Source: Oopsacas minuta
Taxonomy: Eukaryota; Animalia; Porifera
Direction: 5' to 3'
Assembly: GCA_024704765.1 (NCBI GenBank)
Contig: JAKMXF010000304.1
Location: forward strand, 344,322-408,321
Length of the DNA: 64,000 nucleotides
The position numbers and the translations under genes were made by a program. Position 1 is the first letter of the stretch, and every line of letters begins with the position of its first letter. Below the pieces are notes generated by a model. The model was not told the DNA's origin and did not search any database. It worked only from the letters and a program-made list of their open reading frames with translations. Below, piece by piece: positions 25,330 through 38,400 of the stretch.

Positions 25330-27230
25330 TAAGAATTATACCTTCGTTTCGACACTCCTTTTAATGAAACCAAATAGTTTCATTACCTCACCTGGAATCA
25401 ATAATTCAAAATATAACTTCCTTTCTTTCTATTTAAATTATTTCCGTCTCATCGGAATGCATGTAAGATGTTTAATATTCAATTACTATATCAAAAGTTA
25501 GATTCATCTTCATACGTTTTGTGGTTAGTACAGTGCATATAGCATTTGTATGTTCCTTCTTAGTTCCAAGAGGACTTCAGCTTTTACCTTTGTATGTCGA
25601 ATCCATTTTTAGTTCTTTCAAAGGGGTTCCGAGTTCACCTTCTGTTGGGCCTAGCTTTATCGATTCTATTTGGGGCATTCTTTGTAAAGCTACATGGTCG
25701 TAATAATCCAGTTCAACAAAATCTATTTATTTGAAATGGAAACATAATTCTAACAATATCCGTATGTTAATCGAGCTAGTAACCGATCAATCAGTCTCAT
25801 CTCTGCTATCTATAAATTTCATGTAAATCGCTTTCTCCATATCCACCATCTCCACCATCTCCACAGAGTACAACAAATTCATTAATTGTGAGTTATAGTC
25901 TCGAATCTTTCTCAATAGAGGATTTGCGATCTCTTCAAACTGCCACAATTTATCGAGATATTGACCATTGTCTGGAATCTGCATCTTCTTTTAAGGTAAT
26001 CACCAGGCTCAGTTTTGGATTGATAGTTGTAACTTTTACCGTTATCGAAATTCTTACTAAAATTTGTTCGAATTTGAAAGTATTGAATTTGTACAGTGTA
26101 GTTCATTCATAAATATATTTCCGAAAAGTCGGTTGAGCATCAAGTCAATGAGCAAACAACCTTCTTTCTAATGTACATAGTTCTACATAAAATTGATTGT
26201 AAATCAACTATTTGGTTTGAGAATAATCACTTTCTTCTTACCAAAGATCAGATGAGCACATTTATTCTTTGTGTAATCAATTTGCGAGACCCGTTTTCAT
26301 GGTTGGTATTGAGGTATTTAAAGCTGCCTATACAAATTGCATTAATGCTTGAATATTCGGAATAGAAATTTTCTCCGGATTGTCCACAACCCCTGGCCCT
26401 GAAAATACTTCTCATCTTCCTGTTGATGAGGATTTTGAAGATGAAGATCCTATCAAGTGCAACAATATTATTACAAATACAGTTAATGACCAAATAGCCT
26501 CGTTATCTGATAAATCTGAGGAATTTCTTATGTCACCAGAGTTGAACGTCAATGGAGAATTTCTTCTGGAGATTGGTGAATGGGGTTGTATTCATTTACT
26601 GATTTACATGGTAGAGAAAGTTTGATTATAGATTCGACAGCTGTGTTTAGCGCTGAAATATGTAAAATATATTTTAGGAGAAACTCTTCAGCACACATCT
26701 GTCACAAATATTTTCATGATTGGTTCAACTGTATTGCAGAGGTAATTTTTCTAACCTGAGTTCTCAAGAATGCTTGAGACAGATGAATGCTGAAGCTTTA
26801 TCATCTAATAGATTTTCTAATGATTTAATTACAAATATTCCTATCACTCAAGAATATTATCCTAACTTACTAAGTGAAAGCCAATTCCTGATTACATTCA
26901 ATATTTTGTTAACGAACCCTCATTATGCATCTATATATGAAGAGGCAGATAGAAATGAAATATTTAACTAAAGATATAATTTTGCATTTGGATGCTATGG
27001 GTTCCATTTTATCCAAACCTCAGTTTTGCAAAAAATACGAGTCTATAAAATATTTATTCATTTTCAGAAACGTCCGTGTCCCTTCTTTCGAATGGTCTAA
27101 AATATTTATATCTGACAATGGTAAGTTAGTGAAATTTATGTTTGAAGTACTGCGGGTCGGATATTCATCTAACTTCACGCTCGTATATTTTGATACAAAA
27201 TACATGAATTCTAAAATTTTTCGATAGATT
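25330..27230. pseudogene. Two divergently oriented, unassigned decayed coding blocks
   Basis: Minus block ~26110-25330 and plus block ~26370-27230 give long protein-like readings broken by few stops/frameshifts; no family motif recognised. Confidence 0.35.
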
Positions 27231-27669
27231 TATTTCAGTCTTATTTATTGATAAAACTTGAATAACAATGTGTATACTAAAATCATTTCAGCATGAGAGT
27301 CATAAAATGATACTAATGAATTAGAAATAATTTTATAGTGTTATAATTTTAGTCAAGATTTTCTAAAAATACATCTCATCCGATTTGGCTTGCCCCATAC
27401 ATTCAATCTCTAGAAAATATAATTGAGCGTGTATAGAAATTTTCAGAATGAAATTTATATGGATAATCTATACAAAATTGTCGACTATTGAACTCGAAAT
27501 TATTTTGCATTGTCAGACCGGGGACTTAATAATGTATGTTAAAGAGCTGATATATGTGTATTAATATACGGGTAAAATGCTTGAGATTAGATGAATATAG
27601 ACTGCAAACAAGTTGTCATTTATCTCATAATGGATACGAATACTGATAAATGTCGTTAAATTCCTTAAA

Positions 27670-28101
27670 AATGTATTGTTGTTTTATGGATATATATTAC
27701 ACACATTAACCAAATTTCAAAAAATGCATATACGCTTGCTCTAAACTGATACACAAGGGTAAAATAGAACGCTGAATTCGGTTATCGCATATTCAAGTTT
27801 CTCATAAGTAAATATTTTGTTGTTTTTATGAATATATAGTAAACAAATAGTTGAAATGTCGAAATATACTTTGTGAATTGCTCTCAACAGAGATATAAGG
27901 GTAATTAAGTGCACTGAATCTTAATGCGATATTCTCAACTAGTTATTTTAAATATTTGTTTTTATTAGGTAAATAAACTAATATGTTGTGAATATGTTGC
28001 TACTTTTATACTTTGCTCAATTCGAGGCACTAAGTACCGAGCTCGATGCGAACACAAAGTCTTCGCAAGCCGCGAAGCGCTAGCAAGCGAAGCGCGCTAG
28101 T
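27670..28101 (+). mobile_element. Helitron-like 3' end preceded by degenerate ~142-bp tandem repeats
   Basis: GC-rich terminal hairpin region ending CTAG|T at 28097-28101; repeat unit TTGCTCT...AAGGGTAA at ~27737 and ~27879. Confidence 0.55.
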
Positions 28102-30023
28102 ATACCTATATATATATATTTAGACGGTATTGCATTTTGTTTTATTTTATTTAGTTGAGAAGTAGAATTGATAATCCGTCAGTTGGAGGAACACGATGTG
28201 AATCCTCTACCCATTATTCCTGGATCGGTACTTTAATCTCAGGGATTCCTCTGTTCCGCCTTTTTCTTGATGAAAAATACTCATTAAAATACAATAATGA
28301 GCTTGAACCTCAAATTGTCCCTTATCTGTCCTCGAACAGTGCTAGATTGCACTTAAAGGTTTCTCCAGCATCTAGTATACAGCTCCTACCTCACATTGAT
28401 TGATTTATGTATTTACTATTATATCTGTAATGTTTTATATCTTTTGTTAATCATAATGTGAAATTATGGCTTATGTTTACTACTACTATAACATATTTTA
28501 ATGGAGAAAATTTATGAAATAGAACAATAGGCGGTAGAGTACTAATATAGAGCCAAGAATATATTCGGTGCATCATTGGCCCATTTTATTATAAATTCAT
28601 ATCGCTTGTTCACTTTTGTGTTTTGAGAACGGTAGTGATTTACCATGTGAATTTTGAATGAAACTCGAGTAGATTTTGCGTAGGTAACCGCAATACATTT
28701 TGTAAAGGTTTTTGTTTTCAATGCAAAATTTGGTATACACTGAAACTTGGATAATCCGGCACTCGTTGGGAAATGAAAATTGTCGTTTTCCTAATATTTG
28801 GATTATAAGGTTCATCTGTATTTTCCGAAGCTACTTCAGTTAAGAAACACGTTCGGATTGTTTAGGTGTGAATTTATGATGGTTCCACCAAATAATGTAT
28901 TTTTCAGGCATATAGATCTCTAAAATAGTATTTGGGTAGTTTTATGTCGTCTATGATTCTTTTTATAACTAATCATGTACTATCTGCATAAATAATTAGT
29001 ACCAGACTTCTCTTGATATGCACAAGTAGCTCATTTTGAAACTATTTCCACAATATCTTCCCCACAAGACAAGATATTCTCAAAAAGTATTGTTACCCTA
29101 CATAAAACCACCCACAAACTACTCAAATCCAAGTTTTCAGAACTCTATCTCCAAAATACGACTCTATTTATCAAATTTGAATGAAAATCGAAATTTACCA
29201 CGGAAAATCATGACATTTGGAGGAATTCATTGCTGTACCACTAAATCTACTCGGATTCCATTAAAATATTGGTGATGTCCACTATTATAAGTGATATCCA
29301 CCTTATCTTCTGAATAATCTGTGTTCGTATCAGATAATTCTTCAATATAATAAACGATAATGGATGGGTCACAGGACATGGTACTTATAGTCATCACATC
29401 CTATACACTAAGGCAAAGGTACTCACTAAATTTTTTGACCATGGATTAATAGTATACTCATTTATTATTTGTTCTAAATTTCGTGTAAGTTCGCACTTAG
29501 CTGTTCTTGACATAAATGTCCTCAAACGCCCGAGAAACAACTTTATAGTTGTTACATTTTCACCAGGGATGAGTTGGCAGATTAATTAATTAATGACCCA
29601 TAACGTTTAACAGTACTAATCTAGATATATATATATAAATGAAACATAAAGATTGAATTCTATATTACACATAGTTACACTGAATTGAAATTTTAGTTAC
29701 CCCCTTTAATTTACTTGTTACATTCTAATTTGAACCTCTATTTCATCAAGTCGAGTTGTATTGTACTTAGATGTACCTTTAATTCCAGGGCTGAGGAACA
29801 TTTACCCTAGCTACTTGTCAAGCAAACAGAGAAGACAAAGCAATTAATCAATCTTAGCTTATTGGGCAATACATCAACCATAACTAAGTTCTCAGGGAGT
29901 GATCTTAATTATATTGTTAGGAAGTTGAATTGTATCAATCTATCTAACAGTTGGGTCGTCCACAAACCTGACATTGACATCTGGTTTTTGTAAAAATCAT
30001 CACTTTAGATACCAACCTTTATA

Positions 30024-31275
30024 TAGGGTGTAACAAAGTGTTGATACCTTTTATTTTCATGTGAAAATCTTAAATATTAATGGACAATACATATTTTGTT
30101 TCCTATACTTTCTAAATTATAAGTCTAGTACTTTAGATTATTTCTGACTACATTAATTATTCTATTCTAATATTTGAATTTTTTCCAATTTTGTCATTAT
30201 TACATTACTTCGTGTTAATGGAAGTCCGTGATCATGGAATCTTGCTTCGTTCTCGTGCTATAGGCATGCTAGATGCAGGGCTCACACAGAATAAAGTGGC
30301 ACTAGACTTGAATGTTTCATTCTCTTAGGTAAACGAGGGTCTAGTTTGTATAAAATTGATAGTTCTTAGTGACTAACCTCATTCAGCGAGGCCTCCTATT
30401 TGAAACGGGCGGATAAAATTGTTTTTCCAAATCACTCGGTAAATGGATGCAATCCACAAGAAAACTTGCTCAGAGATTGAAGAATAGAGGCAATCCTGTA
30501 TCTCATATATGTGTATATCGTCATTTGACCGAATCTGTGGGTATTAGGTCTTTTAAAAGGCAAGTAATACCTCGATTATCTCTAAAGAACATCCAAGCTC
30601 GTTTGAGCTTTGCTCGGAAGCATCAAAGTTGGACAGTTAACGACTGGAAAAAGTTATCTGGTCAAATGAGTCTGCCTTCCAGCTCTTTGCAACGCCAAAC
30701 AAACAAAATAATCGGGTTTGGGCAAACAATAAGCAAGATGTTCCTTTAGTATTTTCAGTTAAGTTTCCAGCAAGGATTCATCTGTGGGGCATGATGTCAC
30801 ATCAGGCACTTTCAGAACTGCATATAATCCCTCAAGGGCAATCAATAAATAGTGCATACTACATTAATTAAATTTTGTCCAAGACTTGTATGGACGCAGT
30901 TCACCGTTGTCGAAATAAAGGATCGGTTTTGGAGCCACCAATGTTGGAAAATATGTCCGAATTCATCTTCATGCAAGATGGTGCACCGGCACACACGGCC
31001 AATGCAACGCAGAAGTGGTGTCAAGATCATTTAAATGCTTTCTGTCGTAAGATTGAATGGCCTGGGCACTCCCCTGACTTAAACCCTATTGAAACCTTTG
31101 GGGAATAGCGAAAGAGAAGGTTAATGAAGAGTGCCAAATCATAAGGCGGGAACAGCTAATAAAAACAGTAAAATCAGCATCGAGAGACATTAGCCCAAGT
31201 ATTTAGAGAATTTATTAGCTAGCATGCCGAAAGTATAAGAATTGTATCAGAACGAAATGATTCATATATAACAAA
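30024..31275 (+). mobile_element. Tc1-family element, DD37E spacing (CDS ~30218-31275, frameshifted)
   Basis: TA|TAGGGTG terminus; MEVRDHG HTH start; WTVNDWKK; QDGAPAH...WPGHSPDLNPIE with 37 residues between D and E. Confidence 0.85.
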
Positions 31276-32330
31276 AATTGCGATTGAATTTCTACTTGAT
31301 CAGTCGGGAAATTTCATCGTTCAAAAATATAAGCGCAGTTATAGGATAACGAAGCAGGTTTTTGCCCTTAAAGTTTACGGGGATTTCTCCCGCTTGTTTT
31401 GGCTACTCCAATATTCAATTTGACGTAATCTACTCTAAATTATTCATTCAATTCGTCTCTAGTGTGAATATTTAAGTGTACTTGATGCCTTTTAATCTAC
31501 TTTCAAAGTACTAATATTATACTTCATATTGATGAAGTTCATATACGTAGCGATGCTGCTTATATAAGTGGTAGAATTATTGCTCTCTTGACCGTCCAGA
31601 AGACCCGTCGACCACTATTTCCAATTATTGTGCCTAGTTTGATGACTAAATTATCTACCCTTGTACGTCTAGTCCCTCTCGGTTCTAGCACTGATGGGAC
31701 ATTGAGAGCTGTAATTTATTTGTTGATTCTGTGTGTACCGACAAGTATCGCCTTTCAAATTCTTTTCCCAAATCACTAAACACTGATATCAAGGGTCAAA
31801 CATCCTTGTGACCCGAGTATAGACCATATTATATATTTTGATATGGTCCATTTTTACAAATCAATTCGAAAAATATTTGGTTAAATTTCAAAGACTACGA
31901 AAATGTATTTATTTTCGAAAATTTATCCATTGTATATTTATTCCTGGCCAAACACCTGTAAGTAGATGATGAACATGAATATCAAAGTCATCTTCGAACA
32001 TCAATCAATACTTCAGAACATAAAAATGACACATTATTTATGACTAATTCTTTGTATCTCACGATATGCTACAATTTTGATGACACTAGAACATGTTACA
32101 AATCTGATTAAGGCAACATTTTTAAATGTGCTCCAAAATTAACTTCCAAAGCTTGTTGGCCCACTAACCTTGGAAAGACTATATTTATAATTGGCACTTA
32201 CAAGTGAATTTCAGCTGGACTTTTACTCCTCAATACTCAGAAGAATTTTCGAACCAAAAAACAAACTGTTGATTTCTGTAGTTGATTATTGACATTTGGA
32301 GAATGGTTAATGTGAATTTGGTCGAGGTAT

Positions 32331-32466
32331 CTGGGGCGTAACTCGTGATCGCAGAGCAAGGAGGCAAGAATGAATAATTACAGCAATTACTATATGGAGA
32401 TTAGATCAACAACTGAAATGCGAGGTGGCAACTGCCTCCTCTGCCTCAATTCTAGTTACTACCTAG
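32331..32466. mobile_element. Small hAT-like MITE inside the P-like relic
   Basis: CTGGGGCGTAACT...GGCAACTGCCTCCTCTGCCTC...AGTTAC termini; GGTAT repeated on both flanks. Confidence 0.55.
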
Positions 32467-33970
32467 GGTATACGATTTAATGACTACCTTTCTACACCTC
32501 TATTACCAAGCGACGTGAATATTTTCCTACGAAATGTGGTTAGCTGGTTAAACTGCTGGAAAATCTTCTCTCTGCTAAAGGAAAATTGTTTAGTTAAGCA
32601 TTCACAAGTTGGTATCACACTTATAATGCACTGCCCATACTTATGGATATGCTTTGTACCAAATATGGTTTCCAGTGCATGTTGACGTCAATTTGGTTTC
32701 TATATACAAATGTCAGGCTCCCATTGTCAAATCTCATATTCTCAAATCCTAGAATCTGTAAACCGATTACAGCTTTCTAACATACTAAAGTTATACGCCA
32801 TTGGCACTATGTCGGATAGGATTCAGAAACCTACCCTCCTTCGATATTTGAGTACTTTTTCTGTTACTGATGAAGGCGATGAAGAAATTTGTAAATAGAA
32901 AATATTTTCACAAATCTAGAACAGGTCACAAATCCAGAAATCCCTCCCCTTTGTAGCAAGTCTATGCAGCTGTTTCATACTTCAATAAATCAAATGGTTG
33001 TTCATTTTGTAAAGACTTTCTTACGTTGAAATTCCATCACATTGACGATGAGATTGGGTATTAGTTTACCCTACTAGATTGTTGGATAGAGGTTCTCTAA
33101 AATACCTATCGACTTGTGTACTAGAAATTACAAAAATAAGTATGACATCTTTAGTAAAATCGACAGTGTAAATACTGTTTGAGAGTGTTTTATTGGTTCG
33201 TCTTGTGCTAAACTTGTTCCCTTAGCTTGTATAAAGACAGACTAAGTATAGTCACATTTAGAGGGTTTATTGTGAGTGTAACACTTTCCAATAAGGTCAA
33301 AACATACATTTCAATGGTTCTAGGTCACGACAATTCTAAACCCAAAAATTGAAGAATTAATTTCTGGCTCTTCTTTCTTTTGTTTAACTTAGCCTCCATC
33401 AGTATGTCACTCCTATGAAGTATGTATCGTTAAGAAGTAGAAGTCCGTCTCAATCATATAAGTCTGTCTATTTACACCTGATACTTGTCTCATAATATTT
33501 GAATTCCGTCCTCAATCTTATATTTTTCAAAGTTTATTTTGTGTATTTGTTGATGATAATTTTACATACTTATACTAACCACCTTGTATTTACAATAGAT
33601 CATATTCGTTTTCTTCGACATATCTTTACAAAGTTTAAACATGTTTTGATATCTTTAAATAGTTGTGAGTGGGGTAACTTAAATATGCTTAGTTAACCAT
33701 ATATGACTAATCTATTGATAAATGTACATTTGAATATGCTATTTATCCATGGTCCAAGGTTTTAGTGAGCACCATTTCCTTAGTGTATAAAATGCTATGT
33801 TATTGCCTATAATTTCTTATAACCGTTGCTTTATTAAAACCTATAGGATGAAACTGAATGCACTCTGATCATTTAATCAGAAAATTGAAGTATTGTGACC
33901 AACTTTTGTGACAACCCTCGTTTTCTTATATATTTACTTTTTCAACTTGATAACAATTTATCATAATTAG

Positions 33971-34402
33971 ATTGAGGACAAGTTTGAAAACTCTAGCGTT
34001 ACGGTAGCAGTGCGTATTCGTCCTTTTCTCAGTCATGAGGTAGAGCAAAAATGTAGATGTATCATAAGAATGAAAGAGAATGAGACAATTGTCTCGCAAG
34101 AAGGGCATTCCAATTCATCACTTGTTTTTTGTTTCGATTATTCATTCTGGTCCTTTGAACAACATTGTCCTAATTATTCAAGCCAAGAAGATGTATATTG
34201 TCGACTTGCTAAACCTTTATTGGATAAAGCTCTTGAAGGATTCAATACGTGCCTGTTTGCCTACGGACAGACTGGTTCTGGGAAAAGCTACAGTATTACT
34301 GGTAGCAAGGAAGACCCTGGAATTGTACCTCGTTTCTGTGGCGATTTATTTTCCAAAATTCAGAAGCTCCAGTTAAATACCGAAGATCCAGCCTCATTTA
34401 AG
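33971..34402 (+). CDS. KIF14: Kinesin-3 (KIF14-type) motor domain exon, 144 codons, phase 0/0
   Basis: AG at 33969-33970, GT at 34403; IEDKFENSSVTVAVRIRPF...FDYSFWSF...LLDKALEGFNTCLFAYGQTGSGKS (P-loop)...PGIVPRFCGDLF; KIF14-like ENSxVTVAVR and SFWSF..H.P.Y.SQ signatures. Confidence 0.9.
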
Positions 34403-35401
34403 GTTAGCGTTTTTCTTGTCTCTAATTTTACTAGAATCTATACCCTATACCCAGATTCCTCAAACTATCATGGGCTATCGCCCACCTTTTGATAATGTGT
34501 ATCATTACAGTTTGGCCACGTTTGGTCGTGTTTTGTCACGTCGGTTAAGATTAGTCATGTTGGTCGATTTTGATAAATTGGTCATCTAAGCTTCAACTTA
34601 AAATACATATATTTAATCTCTGTGGCCACAGTGTGGCCACAGTGTGGCCAAGTTTGATCATATGACTATAGGTTGAGAATCCCTGCTCTGAAGTATTTAT
34701 CATGATGAATCTGTATGTACATGTATGCTTGATAATATATGTTTGTATTTCCGGAATTGATCCCAGAAACTATGTTCGGAATTTGTTGAAAATGACCCCA
34801 GGTTATCTTTGGTACACGTGACTGTTTTGGGGTGTTTGTATTTTTCGAGGCTCTTATCAAAATTCCAACCTATGACGAAATTATGTAGAAATTTTCACAT
34901 TTTTGACTAAAATCCCATATTATTCGCAACTGTTCAGCCATTATTCATGATATAGGGTTGAAATTTGAATCACTGGTGCCCTTTCAATATGCATTATGTC
35001 TCGATATCATACTTTAGTTACGTAATGCAAACTCGCCACTATACTATATCATAATCACTGTCCAAAATTGAAAATGTGTCGAATCCGATATTTTATGATA
35101 ATTAAATATTTACTGATACACGCAGTGCCGAGGTTCATATCTCTAAATAGCCTCACAGTGGGAAACCTAGGTGAGATACTTGTAGAGAAATTATTCATGA
35201 TAATCATAGACTATTATAATAAAGGACTCTATAACTCTATGATCGTAAGATTTATTGTCAAATATGTATGGCACATTCATCGTATATACCCGATTCCCCA
35301 TGCCCTTGTAATCCATATTTATATGATCACGCAAAATGCTTAAGCGATATCATATCCAAATATATTACAAGAGTATGGGAAGTCGGGTATATAAGCTGTA
35401 C

Positions 35402-38400
35402 CATAGCATTCTATATACTAAGGCAATGGCACTCTAGTGAAATTTTGGACCACTTATTGTCATTGCCATCGACTTTCAAAGTATAATGTATTATCTATAG
35501 GTGTGATTCTACTGCGCTACTAGTTAATTATTAATCATCAGTTTAAATGATTTACCACGCCCGGCCTGATTTATTTAATATTAGAATATTAAAAGTCAAC
35601 ATAATAGATTTTAATAAATCAAACAATATATTTAACAGTACAATACGTATATGTAATAAAAATAACATAATACATTCTCTTAGTAGTAGTAGCAGTATTA
35701 TAGTATACTATCATAAACGTCCAGCTGAAAATAACAAATCGAATAACAATACAATAGCTTCAGTCTTCTACACAAACTTCTAACAGAAAATGATCTAAAA
35801 AGAACAAAGAAAAATTATTTGTATTTTTAAGCTTAGTATTATCCCTATTTAAAACCATAAAATTGTAATTGCGGCCTTCTCTTCGACAAGATTATATTTG
35901 ACCATGTAACACACAATTTCTTCAATATGTCCCGATTCCAAACTCCACAGGAGCAACAATTATTCCAAACATCAGCATATTTCTCTGAAATGATTGTCAT
36001 AGAAATGAGTACCAACAAACTACGGGACTGTGCAGAATAGAATTTCTTGTTGAGGGAATTACAGTTATCTATCATCAGAAAGGCTTTATACAAGATAGTA
36101 ACAGACTTTACTACACAAAAAAAAGGATATTTAAGAGAACTTCAATCTACTAAATTAATCAAAGTATAATGAGAACCAACGTTATTATTAACTTCTAGGA
36201 GTCTATCTGTTGTGAAAAGATCGTAACAAGATTGACAAGTATTTTGACTTTTTTATGTAAGAGGGGAATGCATATCCTGCTATATAGATGAGGCATTCAA
36301 TCTAAGAAACTTCTAATTCAATGAGCGAGATTTCATTCAATATAGTCATATAAAGTTCTATATCGAGTTGCTTTTCGTCACTTATACACTCACAATCGTC
36401 TGCGAATTGCCTAAGGCATTCTTTTAGTGAAACCTTATCTCCCAAACCATATTTTATATCAAAAACTTTTGAAAGGTTGGAAAGTTGGAGTCTTCGTTCG
36501 CTTTCCAAAACTTGGTTAAAAGATATTTGATAGTGAGACCCTGACATTTGTCTGTATGATCCAAAATGGTGTTCTAAAGCATCATTTTGTATCTCACAGT
36601 AAGAAGATATTGGTACCCACAATTTTCAGTTAGTTGTTTGACTAGTAGTGGTAAGGCCTCACGTGTATGTCTAAAGCTGGTAAAGGTTTGTGGTGTTAAT
36701 TTTCCGAACAAATAAGGTAGATTAACCCAACTATCCAACCAGGAGACCACGTTGTTCAAAAAAGAGCAACCAAAAATCGTCTAGGTATATTGGGGCTGAA
36801 AATTCATCATTAAAACGCATATTTTCCCAACCCAGTTCACATTGAATATTTTCATATCCGGTTAATAAGATCAAGAAAATCTACTGTTTGATTGATGTGT
36901 TTGGTGTCATTTTCGATTTTCCACGCCAATAGGCCAGCAGATGTTGTCTCATGAAAATTTTTCAATGCAAAACTGACATTTTGCCGTTCTAAGCTTGAGG
37001 GCCAACAAGCTTTCGCTGTTAATTTGGTGCTAGTTTCAATAAATTGCATCTATCCGATCTAAACAAATCTCATATATCTTGAAATCGAGCATAACAAATA
37101 TCTGGATATACAGATTTAGAGGTCAAATTGGCAGTAGAAATGCTGGTTCTATGGATGGAGAGGTAAAAATTTTTGTTAGTGTCAATGATATTTTGAATAC
37201 TTACTAGACATTCGTCGAACTTCGGAAAATGAAAGTGTTGTCAATATTTTTGAGATTCAACCAATTATTTCTGATGCACTTAATGATATGAACCTATCAA
37301 AAAGCAAAATTAAATTTCTATGTGGGATGCAGAGGTGTTGTACTTTTGGCTCCAGTTTCGAACTAGTTGAAAACAATTTGTATAAACGAACGTTCAGTGG
37401 ATAGTTGTCAGTACAAACAGCTTCTACAAATAGACCGCAAGCTTCGATATCACAGATAGTAGACCTGACAATAGGATACAATGATTCAGCACAAGAAGAA
37501 CCCAAAGGAATCAACCGAATAATAGTAGAAAACTTGGCCGATAGACTAGAAACATCATGGAGAAAACTGTAGTATATGAATCATTAGGATTGCCAATCGA
37601 CCCAATTACTCTCCCTCCTTTGTATGATGCATCACCACGGATATGTACCTCATCCATTTGAAGAATAACATGGCGTTCTAAATTATTGAATGTAGTGGGA
37701 ACTTCCTTGAGATTATTTGTATAATCACTCTTTAAGCCATTACTATTTTATATTTTCAACAATTTACGCTCATGAGGAAAAGTTAAGCAATTAGAGCCCT
37801 GAATGAGACGGTAACAAGCTGAGGAGATACCGTGAATTTTTAAACAAAAGACCTGGGTGATGATGTTATCGCGTCGAGCATGTTTATCAATGATTAGATT
37901 TTTCAACTGATCGAGCAAAAAAGTAAGACGCATTCGTAAAGAAGCCTCAGCGATTTCGAAATATAATTTGGAATCAGTGTGCTCTAATGTATCAATAGCT
38001 TGATCAAGACTATGAATAGAGTTCTCCACATGTTGTCTCAGAGATGTCGCAGAGGTATTTGTATTAGTACTTGGAGATATTTCAAATAAATCAACTTCAT
38101 GTATAATGTTTTCTAATAACTTGATATCATTTATTGAGGAAGACGAGAGCTGAATTTTGTTCTTTTCTTTATAAATACTTATAAAATAAATTTCATCGAC
38201 AATTATATATCATTCGATAGTGGAAACTTCGTCACAAAATTGAATCTTAAGAAATAGTATGTTAGATGAATCAGGGCGATGGAAAAGCCAGCCGTTTGGG
38301 AGTTCGATCATGTGCAACTTAGATGTAATACAACTAAGACTCGAAATCATGAATTTAGCTTTGGTCTGTTGAAATTCTGCTCGACTTTTCTTGTGTACAT

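Larger units (their letters stand above)
29392..33799 (+). mobile_element. P-superfamily (THAP9-like) element, copy 2, carrying nested Tc1 and hAT insertions
   Basis: TIRs CAT(CA/AG)CAT..TATACACTAAGG...GACCATGGAT; flanks TTATAGT / TTATTGC (5/7); DIESCNLFVDSVCTD and MSGSHCQISYSQILESVNRLQLSNILK match copy 3. Confidence 0.75.

Noticed and set aside
34403-34492. C-terminal tail of the kinesin ORF in the ORF track (VSVFLVSNF...)
   Set aside because: It is read-through past the AAG|GTTAGC donor; kinesin homology resumes at 62362
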